From Escherichia phage vB_EcoM_G17: a stretch of DNA of 64,000 nt. Location of the stretch: sequence record MK327931.1; one strand, 5' to 3'. A program made the position numbers and the translations under genes. Of this stretch, positions 39,086 to 47,137 are shown in pieces (positions within the stretch are counted from its first letter, which is position 1; each line of letters opens with the position of its first letter). The notes beneath the pieces were generated by a model. It had not been told where the DNA came from and searched no databases. It saw only the letters and a program-made list of their open reading frames with translations.

Positions 39086-39305
39086 TTACTTTTTCCTTAA
39101 TACTCATTATAAGATGTTCAATCATATTTTGAACCATAAATTCTTGTTTATCAGTTCCAAGAACGTATGGTAGCTTCTGAAACAATACATTTGCAGATAC
39201 TTCAGATATTGATTGATTTGGAACGAACTTAAGAGTAATGTTTTTGGTTTTTAACATCTTCTCTTGAAATTCTTCATTCGTTAAGTATATCATTTCATTT
39301 TGCAT
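39075..39305 (-). CDS. hypothetical small protein, FamB paralog
   Basis: FamB core VLGTDKQEFM. Confidence 0.65.
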   Translation of the reverse strand: MQNEMIYLTNEEFQEKMLKTKNITLKFVPNQSISEVSANVLFQKLPYVLGTDKQEFMVQNMIEHLIMSIKEKVNAK

Positions 39306-39521
39306 TTACATTCTCTCATATATATTTTGGGTTAAAAGGTCAATCCAGATTTCCACATATCGTTGTTGGTGTTGCGTCCCTAACAGTACACCCAACTTAG
39401 CTTCACACTCTAATAACAATCTGGTTTTGTATGGTAGACTTTGGAATCCTATAGTAGCATCTAATTTGGTAATTGCATAGTTGATTCGGATGAATCTTTC
39501 TTGCAATGTGATGTTGTTCAT
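39306..39521 (-). CDS. hypothetical small protein, FamB paralog
   Basis: FamB core LLGTQHQQRY. Confidence 0.65.
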   Translation of the reverse strand: MNNITLQERFIRINYAITKLDATIGFQSLPYKTRLLLECEAKLGVLLGTQHQQRYVEIWIDLLTQNIYERM

Positions 39522-39808
39522 TTCTTAGTACACCTCAGTGGTTGGGTCATTTGATAAAAGTACAGCTTACCTTTGATTTCCAGTAGTAACTCCGCGATTA
39601 AGCGATTTACTTCTGTATCTTGATAGTTTGTTCCTAAGAATACACCCATCTTTAACTCACGCATCATAATCATTTTCTTACTGTGTTGAATTTCTGGGTT
39701 GTGATAGATTGTATTACGTTTGTGCGTAATTTTTGTCATACGCTCGGTATATTCATCTTTACTTAAATTGATCATTTGCATGTTCATCAACCTCACATTT
39801 ATTTTCAA
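39518..39808 (-). CDS. hypothetical small protein, FamB paralog
   Basis: FamB core FLGTNYQDTE. Confidence 0.65.
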   Translation of the reverse strand: MKINVRLMNMQMINLSKDEYTERMTKITHKRNTIYHNPEIQHSKKMIMMRELKMGVFLGTNYQDTEVNRLIAELLLEIKGKLYFYQMTQPLRCTKK

Positions 39809-39810
39809 TA

Positions 39811-40077
39811 CTATTCTTTAGTTTGTAGATATAGTTTTCTTCCAATGTATCTCTTAAGTGCGATTATGTATTCATCTACATAATACTCCTGATAGTTTGT
39901 TCCTATGAATGCACCCACCTTTAACTCAAGTTTCATAATCATCTTATTTCCGTGTTTAATGACTTCTCCGTGATGGATTTCATTAAGTCCAGGTGCAATT
40001 TTCACCAGGCGTTCTTTATATTTTGCTTGAGATAATTTAATCATTTTCATGTTAATTACCCTTACATTTATTTTCAA
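39811..40077 (-). CDS. hypothetical small protein, FamB paralog
   Basis: FamB core FIGTNYQEYY. Confidence 0.65.
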   Translation of the reverse strand: MKINVRVINMKMIKLSQAKYKERLVKIAPGLNEIHHGEVIKHGNKMIMKLELKVGAFIGTNYQEYYVDEYIIALKRYIGRKLYLQTKE

Positions 40078-40282
40078 TACTATTCATGAGTTCTATAAGA
40101 TAGTTTTCTACCTTACCTTCCTGATAGTTAGTCCCTAGGAAGTTGCACAACACGGCTTCTATGATTTTGATTTTCCTGATATCAGGCTTCAATCTTTTGT
40201 TATTGAATATTTGAATCCTTATATCTCTGGATGCATTTAAACGTTTTTGATATTCATGGTAAGTTAAATGAATCATTTTCAT
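40052..40282 (-). CDS. hypothetical small protein, FamB paralog
   Basis: FamB core FLGTNYQEGK. Confidence 0.65.
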   Translation of the reverse strand: MKMIHLTYHEYQKRLNASRDIRIQIFNNKRLKPDIRKIKIIEAVLCNFLGTNYQEGKVENYLIELMNSIENKCKGN

Positions 40283-40497
40283 TTACGTTTAACCTCTCGC
40301 TGGAGGGCATCAATTAACATCAGTACAGCATTCTCTTGATAGTTTGTTCCTAAGACTGAAAGCATCTTTATCTCATTTACTAAAATCAACTTCTTTGAGG
40401 GTTCAATAATGTGACTATCATAAACGGCCTTACGTGCTGGATAAGTTTTCGCCAGTATAACATAAAATTCGTCTTTACTTAAATTAATCATTTGCAT
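40279..40497 (-). CDS. hypothetical small protein, FamB paralog
   Basis: FamB core VLGTNYQENA. Confidence 0.65.
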   Translation of the reverse strand: MQMINLSKDEFYVILAKTYPARKAVYDSHIIEPSKKLILVNEIKMLSVLGTNYQENAVLMLIDALQREVKRK

Positions 40498-40706
40498 TTA
40501 CTTTTAACCTCTTTCTGTAGAGCGTCAATCCATAGATCTACATACATTTGTTGATAGTTTGTGCCTAAGAGTGCACCTACATAGAGTTCAGTTACTAGTG
40601 CGTGCTTAAGGTTAGCTTGGATGCTCTTATCGCTTGATATCATTCTCCTTCTGCTTCCACATGTTTTCAGGAGTCTGATGTATTCAAAGCCTTGTAAATT
40701 TCTCAT
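40488..40706 (-). CDS. hypothetical small protein, FamB paralog
   Basis: FamB core LLGTNYQQMY. Confidence 0.65.
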   Translation of the reverse strand: MRNLQGFEYIRLLKTCGSRRRMISSDKSIQANLKHALVTELYVGALLGTNYQQMYVDLWIDALQKEVKSKCK

Positions 40707-40918
40707 ATTTTGGATACCACCTTGTTACGTAAGGAACTTAATAATACGTCAGTGTAGATGTTTTGATAGTTTGTCCCTACGAATACACCCAACTTCATTT
40801 CAGCTATTATAACACATTTGTCCTCTTGTGCAATAGATTTGTTTAACACAATACTATACACTTTTGATTTGATAGTTTGTAACCTCCAATGATACTGATA
40901 CTCATTAAGGATTATCAT
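40703..40918 (-). CDS. hypothetical small protein, FamB paralog
   Basis: FamB core FVGTNYQNIY. Confidence 0.65.
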   Translation of the reverse strand: MIILNEYQYHWRLQTIKSKVYSIVLNKSIAQEDKCVIIAEMKLGVFVGTNYQNIYTDVLLSSLRNKVVSKI

Positions 40919-41165
40919 TCTCTTTCCTCCAGATTTCGGTTCTCATGTGTTGGCAGTGTGCATCAATATATTGCTCTATCGATCTGGCGATTGCTGTTTT
41001 ATCAGTGCCTGTCATCAGTACAAGCATCTCGGCCTCACAGTGAAGTAAACGCATGATATCATAGGGTAATATTTCAGATACCGTGTCATAGTGTTTCTGT
41101 GCCAGTGTCTGCAATAGTTTACAATACATTTTGTGATTTAGTCTTTGTCGCATTGTTTCTTCCAT
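40905..41165 (-). CDS. hypothetical small protein, divergent FamB paralog
   Basis: Variant core LMTGTDKTAI. Confidence 0.55.
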   Translation of the reverse strand: MEETMRQRLNHKMYCKLLQTLAQKHYDTVSEILPYDIMRLLHCEAEMLVLMTGTDKTAIARSIEQYIDAHCQHMRTEIWRKENDNP

Positions 41166-41410
41166 TCTCTTCTGGCTTGGCGGGTTTTATCTGATATTTC
41201 GTTTCTCAATGCAGAGATATATCGTAGAGTGAACAGTTCTTGATAGTTAGTCCCTATGAATTTATTAAGATATACATCAGCGTTGACGATATCAGCTTCA
41301 CGGGAATTATAAAGTTTATTGTTAGTGCGAAGGGTGTTTAGAAGAGAGAAGAGGGCAGTCTGATACTCAGTGCTTGATAAAGTTTTCATATTTTTCCACA
41401 ATTCGTTCAT
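41138..41410 (-). CDS. hypothetical small protein, FamB paralog
   Basis: FamB core FIGTNYQELF. Confidence 0.65.
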   Translation of the reverse strand: MNELWKNMKTLSSTEYQTALFSLLNTLRTNNKLYNSREADIVNADVYLNKFIGTNYQELFTLRYISALRNEISDKTRQARREWKKQCDKD

Positions 41411-41624
41411 TTAGTTTTATCTGTATAAGATCCATTAGTTGTTCAAGATAATCGGTACAATATTTCTCTTGATATTGGGTTCCCACAAAGTACAGCAACC
41501 ATAGCTCATGAACTTTAACTTTCATCTCGTTCCATGAAAGTGCATCGTCATCGTAGATTACTCTTGCTTCTGGGGTGAGCTTTCGAATTCTAAGTGAATA
41601 TTCATCGTCCGTCAAGTGTTTCAT
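41367..41624 (-). CDS. hypothetical small protein, FamB paralog
   Basis: FamB core FVGTQYQEKY. Confidence 0.65.
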   Translation of the reverse strand: MKHLTDDEYSLRIRKLTPEARVIYDDDALSWNEMKVKVHELWLLYFVGTQYQEKYCTDYLEQLMDLIQIKLNERIVEKYENFIKH

Positions 41625-41779
41625 TTACATTTATCCCTTATTAGATTTGTGAGTGCAACTATGTGTTCATGGATATAAAAATTTTGATGAGAAGTTCCAA
41701 GAAAGTACAGCATCCATCCCTCACTCTGCTCGACTTCTAGTTTAGTATCGAGTTGGTCAGATATGTTAATGAAAACCAT
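41621..41779 (-). CDS. hypothetical small protein, FamB paralog (52 aa)
   Basis: Below ORF-track cutoff; reading by eye gives MVFINISDQ...FLGTSHQNFY; fills gap in array with ATGA/TAATG coupling. Confidence 0.5.
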   Translation of the reverse strand: MVFINISDQLDTKLEVEQSEGWMLYFLGTSHQNFYIHEHIVALTNLIRDKCK

Positions 41780-42036
41780 TAGTTCTTTTCCTTTCTTTCT
41801 ATTTGTTTCATAAGAACATCGATATACTCACCCGCAAACCTATTCTGATACTGCGTCCCCATGAATTCCAACATCCATACTTCAGCAACCTTTTCTTCAA
41901 TTTCAGTCCATTGTAAGTACATCATAGTGAAGTAAATGGTGTTCTCTTTTTTTCTGGCACTCTTAGCACGGGCCTCGTATTCAAAGTTATTAATGATGTT
42001 CATTACATTTGTCCATAATGTAATTCTTGAGTGCAA
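41779..42036 (-). CDS. hypothetical small protein, FamB paralog
   Basis: FamB core FMGTQYQNRF. Confidence 0.65.
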   Translation of the reverse strand: MHSRITLWTNVMNIINNFEYEARAKSARKKENTIYFTMMYLQWTEIEEKVAEVWMLEFMGTQYQNRFAGEYIDVLMKQIERKEKN

Positions 42037-42217
42037 CTATGTGTGCAATAACATACTCTTCCTGGAAGTTCGTCCCCAGTACAGCCAACATGCGTACATC
42101 GGTGGTGTTTATCTTGTGTTCCAATCGAGTTAAACCTTTTATTTGTAAAAGGGTATCGTATTTGTTTAATGCATCAATGATAATTCTCATCTTCTCAATA
42201 TTACTTAAATGTTTCAT
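41990..42217 (-). CDS. hypothetical small protein, FamB paralog
   Basis: FamB core VLGTNFQEEY. Confidence 0.65.
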   Translation of the reverse strand: MKHLSNIEKMRIIIDALNKYDTLLQIKGLTRLEHKINTTDVRMLAVLGTNFQEEYVIAHIVALKNYIMDKCNEHH

Positions 42218-42426
42218 AGTTTACTCTTAATGTAGTTCTGAAGTTCAATTAAGTATTTCCCTACATAATACTCCTGAAAGTCTGTATCCAAAAATGCACC
42301 CAAAAGTAAATCCTTCTCCATTGCCCTTGATAAGTTAAGGTCTGCATTTGAAAGGTATATAAGTAATATTTCAGTCTGGACAGAATTAAAACGTTTCTTA
42401 TATTCTTCAGGTGTTAATATAATCAT
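42214..42426 (-). CDS. hypothetical small protein, FamB paralog
   Basis: FamB core FLDTDFQEYY. Confidence 0.65.
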   Translation of the reverse strand: MIILTPEEYKKRFNSVQTEILLIYLSNADLNLSRAMEKDLLLGAFLDTDFQEYYVGKYLIELQNYIKSKL

Positions 42427-42638
42427 AATTTGCTCCTGATGTATTTCTCAAGAGATGACAAATACTTTTCCTCATAATACTCCTGATAGTCTGTTCCCAA
42501 GAATGCACCCATAAGTATTTCATTTTCCAATACCTCGGCTAAGTTTAAATCAGACGTCTCTTCGTATATTATGAGGATTTCAAGTTGTCTGGCAGCGATG
42601 CGTTCAGTATATTGATATGAGTTTTCTATAATAATCAT
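42423..42638 (-). CDS. hypothetical small protein, FamB paralog
   Basis: FamB core FLGTDYQEYY. Confidence 0.65.
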   Translation of the reverse strand: MIIIENSYQYTERIAARQLEILIIYEETSDLNLAEVLENEILMGAFLGTDYQEYYEEKYLSSLEKYIRSKL

Positions 42639-42844
42639 ATTTTACTCTTAATATCTTCTATTAAAAATCGAATCCATTCTTCAACATAATCTTCCTGATG
42701 GTTTGTGTTCAGTACAGCCAACATGCGGATCTCTGCTCTTGCAACTTCAATTTCAGTTTTAGGCAGGTCTTTGCTGATATCCACCATTAAGTCCATGTAT
42801 TTCAAGATAAGACCGTATGATTGGGTTCGTGTTATAGTTTTCAT
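42635..42844 (-). CDS. hypothetical small protein, FamB paralog
   Basis: FamB core VLNTNHQEDY. Confidence 0.65.
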   Translation of the reverse strand: MKTITRTQSYGLILKYMDLMVDISKDLPKTEIEVARAEIRMLAVLNTNHQEDYVEEWIRFLIEDIKSKI

Positions 42845-43041
42845 TGTTTCCTCGTGGACAATATTTTATTTTTCAATGTATCCATATATTGCCACACCCA
42901 TCTACCCTGATAGTTTGTTCCCAATGTAATCAAAAGGTATAACTCCATTCGTTCTACGTGTGTGTCTGTGTTGTAAATCTTTACGTAGTTTTTACGTAAC
43001 AGTGATTGATATTCTTCTTTATTTAAAATACGCATTTTCAT
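42841..43041 (-). CDS. hypothetical small protein, FamB paralog
   Basis: FamB core TLGTNYQGRW. Confidence 0.65.
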   Translation of the reverse strand: MKMRILNKEEYQSLLRKNYVKIYNTDTHVERMELYLLITLGTNYQGRWVWQYMDTLKNKILSTRKQ

Positions 43042-43265
43042 AGTTTACTCGTTATATCTTCAATTAAATACCAAATCCAATCGTTGACATACCTTTCCTG
43101 AAAGTTAGTTCCAATGAATAGTGCCATAATTAATTCACGCTTATAGGCAATACCACGGTCATGGGACTTATACATTATCATAGCCATGTTATTGATAAGT
43201 CTTTCGTGGTGCTGTTCTTTAGTTAAAATACGCATAGGGACTCCCTTAAAATTAATATCAATCAT
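43038..43265 (-). CDS. hypothetical small protein, FamB paralog (first gene of array)
   Basis: FamB core FIGTNFQERY; AAGGGAG SD before internal ATG (MRILTKEQ). Confidence 0.6.
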   Translation of the reverse strand: MIDINFKGVPMRILTKEQHHERLINNMAMIMYKSHDRGIAYKRELIMALFIGTNFQERYVNDWIWYLIEDITSKL

Positions 43266-43484
43266 ATTTTATACGATTCATATAAAAAGTCAATAACATT
43301 TTATTCGTAATACCCCTTTATCGAAGTCGCTAAGGTTACCCGCCCTTTAGCCCCCTACGCATTTTGCCATAGTCCAATCCCTTTTATTTCAAAAAAGTCA
43401 AGGGATTACCTATGCATTTTTTTAACGCATAATTTTAAAAACGCCTTGACTTTTTTCTGAATCAGTACTAGATCCCTTTACGCA
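43266..43484 (-). promoter_or_regulatory. non-coding control region upstream of the paralog super-array
   Basis: About 220 bp without ORF; TTGACT -35-like boxes, inverted repeat AAAAAAGTCAAGG/CCTTGACTTTTTT, repeated ACGCAT-containing motifs. Confidence 0.45.
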
Positions 43485-43694
43485 TTAATCCTTCGTTACG
43501 CTAACGATTATCTGTGTATCCCCGTAGTCCTGCCATACTTCCACGCCATCGGTCGCCCTGGTTAGTCGTGCTGTCATCTGCTTAATGGTCTTAGGCTTTA
43601 GTGGAACCTGTTGCAGTACTGTACGCATAGCATCATTGACGTTATCATGTACGCCTGCAATAGTACCTAGAACGCTGTATACTGTATAGAACAT
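43485..43694 (-). CDS. hypothetical protein
   Basis: ORF track; AGGAGGG SD; preceded by hairpin AGGCCGC/GCGGCCT at 43721-43740. Confidence 0.6.
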   Translation of the reverse strand: MFYTVYSVLGTIAGVHDNVNDAMRTVLQQVPLKPKTIKQMTARLTRATDGVEVWQDYGDTQIIVSVTKD

Positions 43695-43762
43695 ATGTAT
43701 GCCCTCCTGATATAGTTAAGGCCGCTACAAGGCGGCCTATGATGTTTGGTGATGTGTAACGC

Positions 43763-44164
43763 TTACAGTCCTAAGATAGTGCGTGCTTCGTTACGTTCCG
43801 TACACAGCTGCATGATGTGAGCAAGTAAGTCCTTGCTAATGTATCCGGTGTTCATAGCTTCACGAATAGATACATCATACGCACCGAACCCCGTGCGAAC
43901 GATACGCACATCATTCAGGTTAGTATTATAGATACCGCCGAGATCAACGGCTTCGAATACTACATCAACAGAATATTCATTGTTGCCATCGTGGAAGTTT
44001 TCCAGTGCAATAGTATTGGATACCGCCCAACGTTTGCAGTTTCCAATGATGCGGCACTGTTCCGGTTGGATAGTACCATTACTTACAGCGTACTCCAGTG
44101 CATCTTTACCAAAAGTCCGAGCCAGTACTAAAACGTCAGCGAAGGAATTGATTGAGAAGGTCAT
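43763..44164 (-). CDS. hypothetical protein
   Basis: ORF track 43763..44197 trimmed: first ATG lies inside leader hairpin; second ATG has AAGGAG SD. Confidence 0.6.
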   Translation of the reverse strand: MTFSINSFADVLVLARTFGKDALEYAVSNGTIQPEQCRIIGNCKRWAVSNTIALENFHDGNNEYSVDVVFEAVDLGGIYNTNLNDVRIVRTGFGAYDVSIREAMNTGYISKDLLAHIMQLCTERNEARTILGL

Positions 44165-44183
44165 GATAAAACTCCTTAATTTA

Positions 44184-44246
44184 GGAGGGAGAACCATTTC
44201 CCCCTCTCTATGTAAAACATTATACTTGATTCTAAGTACTATGCAA
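44184..44246 (-). promoter_or_regulatory. sigma70-like promoter + leader hairpin cassette (PeSL-like)
   Basis: -35 TTGCAT 44241-44246, 16-bp spacer, -10 TATAAT 44219-44224, GC hairpin about 44184-44208. Confidence 0.6.
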
Positions 44247-44253
44247 GTACTTT

Positions 44254-44586
44254 TTACATTTTAATACCTGGATTCAGGTAGCGGTGAGATCCATATTCTG
44301 GATCGGTTTCGGTCCAGTACTGTAAATCGATAGTACCTTTCGCGTTAATCTTGTCTACCAGCTTATTCATCTTAGTGTATACTACGTCAGCATCGATGCG
44401 TTTAAAGCCAGTAGCTTTAGTGAAGTAGTAGTGATTTGCTTCACTATCATTAAGGATATACCGAGCACCGTTTGCAGTCTGTGCGATAATGATTGAGTAT
44501 TCTACTTCCCGATCCAGACCGTCGATGAATACAGATGAAACATTGGTACGGATGAAAGCTTTAACGATAGCGATTGAAGTACTCAT
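44254..44586 (-). CDS. hypothetical protein
   Basis: ORF track; AGGAGA SD. Confidence 0.65.
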   Translation of the reverse strand: MSTSIAIVKAFIRTNVSSVFIDGLDREVEYSIIIAQTANGARYILNDSEANHYYFTKATGFKRIDADVVYTKMNKLVDKINAKGTIDLQYWTETDPEYGSHRYLNPGIKM

Positions 44587-44606
44587 TTTGAATCTCCTAA
44601 CTTTGT

Positions 44607-44668
44607 GGGCCGTCGCACCATTGCCGCCCTACGAGATACATTATTGCAGTACTGATATACTTTGTCAA
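44607..44668 (-). promoter_or_regulatory. sigma70-like promoter + leader hairpin cassette
   Basis: -35 TTGACA 44663-44668, weak -10 (AATAAT/CAATAA), GC-rich hairpin about 44607-44629. Confidence 0.5.
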
Positions 44669-44737
44669 TACTTTTTTTATTAATAGTTTTCACCCCACCA
44701 GCAGATAGTTACTCACCGTTATTAACTATATATTTTA

Positions 44738-44830
44738 GATACACTCCTGCACCCAGTGGGCTAGTTTTTGTCTATGCGTATATAATAGCAAAGGGACTGA
44801 CCGGAGTCAATCCCTTTTTTTATTCTTTTT
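44738..44830. repeat. repeated intergenic element copy A with bidirectional terminator
   Basis: Motif GATACACTCCTGCACCCAGTGGGCTAG 44738-44764, then hairpin GGGACTGACCGGAGTCAATCCC 44793-44814 and T-run; recurs near 47485-47580, 50758-50840, 54042-54130. Confidence 0.6.
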
Positions 44831-44832
44831 TG

Positions 44833-45033
44833 TTAGATGATTCTCCAATCTTCTACGATCATGGTAAGATAACGGACCATCGATTCAAGTGATTCGAATT
44901 CCCGATAGTCTGCCGCTCCACCAGCGGTACAAGTACAGCCGATTAAACCATTTTGTAATTCCTTAATCTGTACATCGATAAGGTTGGCTTTAGCTTCTTT
45001 CAGTACTTCAACCAGGGCGATAGCGATAGACAT
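44833..45033 (-). CDS. hypothetical protein
   Basis: ORF track; GGAG SD; own promoter cassette. Confidence 0.55.
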   Translation of the reverse strand: MSIAIALVEVLKEAKANLIDVQIKELQNGLIGCTCTAGGAADYREFESLESMVRYLTMIVEDWRII

Positions 45034-45056
45034 AATGTTTTACTCCAAACTATTGA

Positions 45057-45116
45057 CGGGAGAACTATTCCCCCGCTCTATGTAAAACATTATACATTAC
45101 TGGTTAGTACTGTCAA
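45057..45116 (-). promoter_or_regulatory. sigma70-like promoter + leader hairpin cassette
   Basis: -35 TTGACA 45111-45116, 16-bp spacer, -10 TATAAT 45089-45094, hairpin CGGGGGAATAGTTCTCCCG 45057-45075. Confidence 0.6.
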
Positions 45117-45122
45117 ATAGTT

Positions 45123-45380
45123 TTATGAAATATCTTCGATGTAGTCGGCCCATTTCATTTTTTCAGTACTGTCAATGGCTACCGGATTATTTGGATCAAA
45201 CCATTCACCATTCCCGCAATACATACCCACGGCAACGGTTTTATATCCATCCTGTGCAGTACTCCACGACATAGCACGATAGATATGGCCTTTAACTGGT
45301 TGCAATACTGGTAATGTTTTATGGTCTTCTACGTAGGCCATAGCTTGAGGATTTACCCGATATTGTGTGAACTGTTCCAT
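45123..45380 (-). CDS. hypothetical protein
   Basis: ORF track. Confidence 0.65.
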   Translation of the reverse strand: MEQFTQYRVNPQAMAYVEDHKTLPVLQPVKGHIYRAMSWSTAQDGYKTVAVGMYCGNGEWFDPNNPVAIDSTEKMKWADYIEDIS

Positions 45381-45408
45381 TATGTTTCCCCTTGTAGTTA
45401 GTAAAGTT

Positions 45409-45437
45409 ATTACATCAGTACTATCAAGCTATGTCAA
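45409..45437 (-). promoter_or_regulatory. sigma70-like promoter (no leader hairpin)
   Basis: -35 TTGACA 45432-45437, 17-bp spacer, -10 TGTAAT 45409-45414. Confidence 0.5.
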
Positions 45438-45456
45438 TAGTACTGAAATAAAACTT

Positions 45457-45681
45457 TTAGATTAGATTATTGATGCCGTTGATGGTAGACTCGCTTTCTT
45501 CTTTCTCCCATTGGCGGTAGTACTTCCATGCTTCATGATATGTGGCGATTAGTTCATCTTTTTGATCCTGAGTACATGCCAGTACTGAATCACGGTGAGC
45601 GGTTTTATAGATAGAATCGAATGATTTCTTCTCTTCTGCCAGGTTAGCTACTTCCCGCATCAGTTCATCAAAGTTAGCCAT
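45457..45681 (-). CDS. hypothetical protein
   Basis: ORF track; AAGGAG SD. Confidence 0.65.
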   Translation of the reverse strand: MANFDELMREVANLAEEKKSFDSIYKTAHRDSVLACTQDQKDELIATYHEAWKYYRQWEKEESESTINGINNLI

Positions 45682-45699
45682 TTTATTACTCCTTTTAGT

Positions 45700-45756
45700 G
45701 GGGGAGGATATCTCCCCCTATGCAAAACATTATACTTTGTTTTAGTTATTATGCAA
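45700..45756 (-). promoter_or_regulatory. sigma70-like promoter + leader hairpin cassette
   Basis: -35 TTGCAT 45751-45756 (overlaps stop of 45749..46012), 16-bp spacer, -10 TATAAT 45729-45734, hairpin GGGGGAG..CTCCCCC 45700-45718. Confidence 0.6.
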
Positions 45757-46012
45757 GTACTTTTTTCATATAAAGATTATATTCTACACCGCCGTAACCT
45801 TCTACGATGATATGTTTTGCGTTATCACGTTTGCACATAGTGAAACCGTTGTTGATGTGTTCTGCATTTTCCAGGGCGACATCACCGATAGCGGCACATA
45901 CGGCACTAATAACAGTATTCCGCAAAGTACTGGTATCATTAGCGGTCATAGTAGTTTGCAGTACTACGTTGTCGTATACGTGTGCATTGATAGTGATTTC
46001 GATAGTGTTCAT
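45749..46012 (-). CDS. hypothetical protein
   Basis: ORF track; GGAG SD. Confidence 0.65.
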   Translation of the reverse strand: MNTIEITINAHVYDNVVLQTTMTANDTSTLRNTVISAVCAAIGDVALENAEHINNGFTMCKRDNAKHIIVEGYGGVEYNLYMKKVLA

Positions 46013-46030
46013 GGTGTATCTCCTGGACTG

Positions 46031-46091
46031 GCGGGAGAACTATTCCCCCGCTCTATGTAAAACATTATACGTTAATCTAACTACAATGCAA
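46031..46091 (-). promoter_or_regulatory. sigma70-like promoter + leader hairpin cassette
   Basis: -35 TTGCAT 46086-46091, 16-bp spacer, -10 TATAAT 46064-46069, hairpin 46031-46051. Confidence 0.6.
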
Positions 46092-46098
46092 GTACTTT

Positions 46099-46290
46099 TT
46101 AAATTTTATTTCCGATATAGTCCGGTCTATTCTTTTCGGTCATACGCTTTGCTAATGTTTGCATATGGCTTATTGCGTTTAATGTGTCTTCCTCCAGGGA
46201 TGAATCAACATAATCAGGATCATTCTTCACCTTGCAATGATTATGATAGCGTAGTACTGCCAGTACTTTTTTAACTTCTTCTACTGTCAT
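46099..46290 (-). CDS. hypothetical protein
   Basis: ORF track; ATGA-coupled to 46287..46559. Confidence 0.6.
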   Translation of the reverse strand: MTVEEVKKVLAVLRYHNHCKVKNDPDYVDSSLEEDTLNAISHMQTLAKRMTEKNRPDYIGNKI

Positions 46291-46559
46291 AATAAGTACC
46301 CCACTTCGTTAGCTTTCAGGTTAGTATCAATCATCAGTGGATTTTTGTAGTTCACAAAACGATTAGTTTTCTCGATAGCGAATCCCATATAATCCAGCTT
46401 ACTAACAGTACATTCATTCTTAAAAACTTCTTTCGCTGCATCGATGGCTGATTGCATGGATAACCGACCATCTAAATTAATGTTTCCAAATGATCCACCA
46501 GCAGAAGTAGGATTACCGTTCATATCTTTAATGATCATAGTAGCGGAGTAGCTGGACAT
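46287..46559 (-). CDS. hypothetical protein
   Basis: ORF track; AAGGA SD. Confidence 0.65.
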   Translation of the reverse strand: MSSYSATMIIKDMNGNPTSAGGSFGNINLDGRLSMQSAIDAAKEVFKNECTVSKLDYMGFAIEKTNRFVNYKNPLMIDTNLKANEVGYLL

Positions 46560-46581
46560 AATTTTGTTTCCTTTTAGTATC

Positions 46582-46640
46582 GGGGAGAACTATTCTCCCC
46601 TTGATGTAAACTATTATACAGTACTGATATACTTTGTCAA
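46582..46640 (-). promoter_or_regulatory. sigma70-like promoter + leader hairpin cassette
   Basis: -35 TTGACA 46635-46640, 16-bp spacer containing CAGTACTG, -10 TATAAT 46613-46618, hairpin GGGGAGAA-TAG-TTCTCCCC 46582-46600. Confidence 0.65.
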
Positions 46641-46646
46641 ATACTT

Positions 46647-47054
46647 TTATTCGCCCATATAGATTAAGTTATCATCGCCTACATAGGGATCGCAAACGTT
46701 GATTTCTTCGCAGTACTTCGTGAATACATCGCCATAGTGACCTAAACCACGATCCCAAAAACCAGTTCCGTGACCTTCGCGGGTAAGGAACAGATCATGA
46801 CCAGCTTGCTCATAACCGTAATCAATAAACATACCGCGAACTACTTCCAGATCATTACCGTGTTTCTCAATGAAGCGAGAACATGCAATCACCGCCGCTT
46901 GACGTGCTTCATCAGATAACTCATAATCTTCCAGGTAATCGCCGTTATCATTATGTACAGTACTGAATTGCATAGCTTCAATGTAAGCTACAACCATTGC
47001 AGCATGATTTTTATCGTTAGTGATGTTCCGAGCGAGATTAGTAGTAGTAGACAT
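46647..47054 (-). CDS. hypothetical protein
   Basis: ORF track; AAGGAA SD. Confidence 0.7.
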   Translation of the reverse strand: MSTTTNLARNITNDKNHAAMVVAYIEAMQFSTVHNDNGDYLEDYELSDEARQAAVIACSRFIEKHGNDLEVVRGMFIDYGYEQAGHDLFLTREGHGTGFWDRGLGHYGDVFTKYCEEINVCDPYVGDDNLIYMGE

Positions 47055-47075
47055 GATTTTATTCCTTATTGTATT

Positions 47076-47134
47076 GGGGAGAACTATTCTCCCCTTGATG
47101 TAAACTATTATACAGTACTGATATACTTTGTCAA
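47076..47134 (-). promoter_or_regulatory. sigma70-like promoter + leader hairpin cassette
   Basis: -35 TTGACA 47129-47134, 16-bp spacer, -10 TATAAT 47107-47112, hairpin 47076-47094; stop of upstream gene 4 bp from -35. Confidence 0.65.
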
Positions 47135-47137
47135 TAC

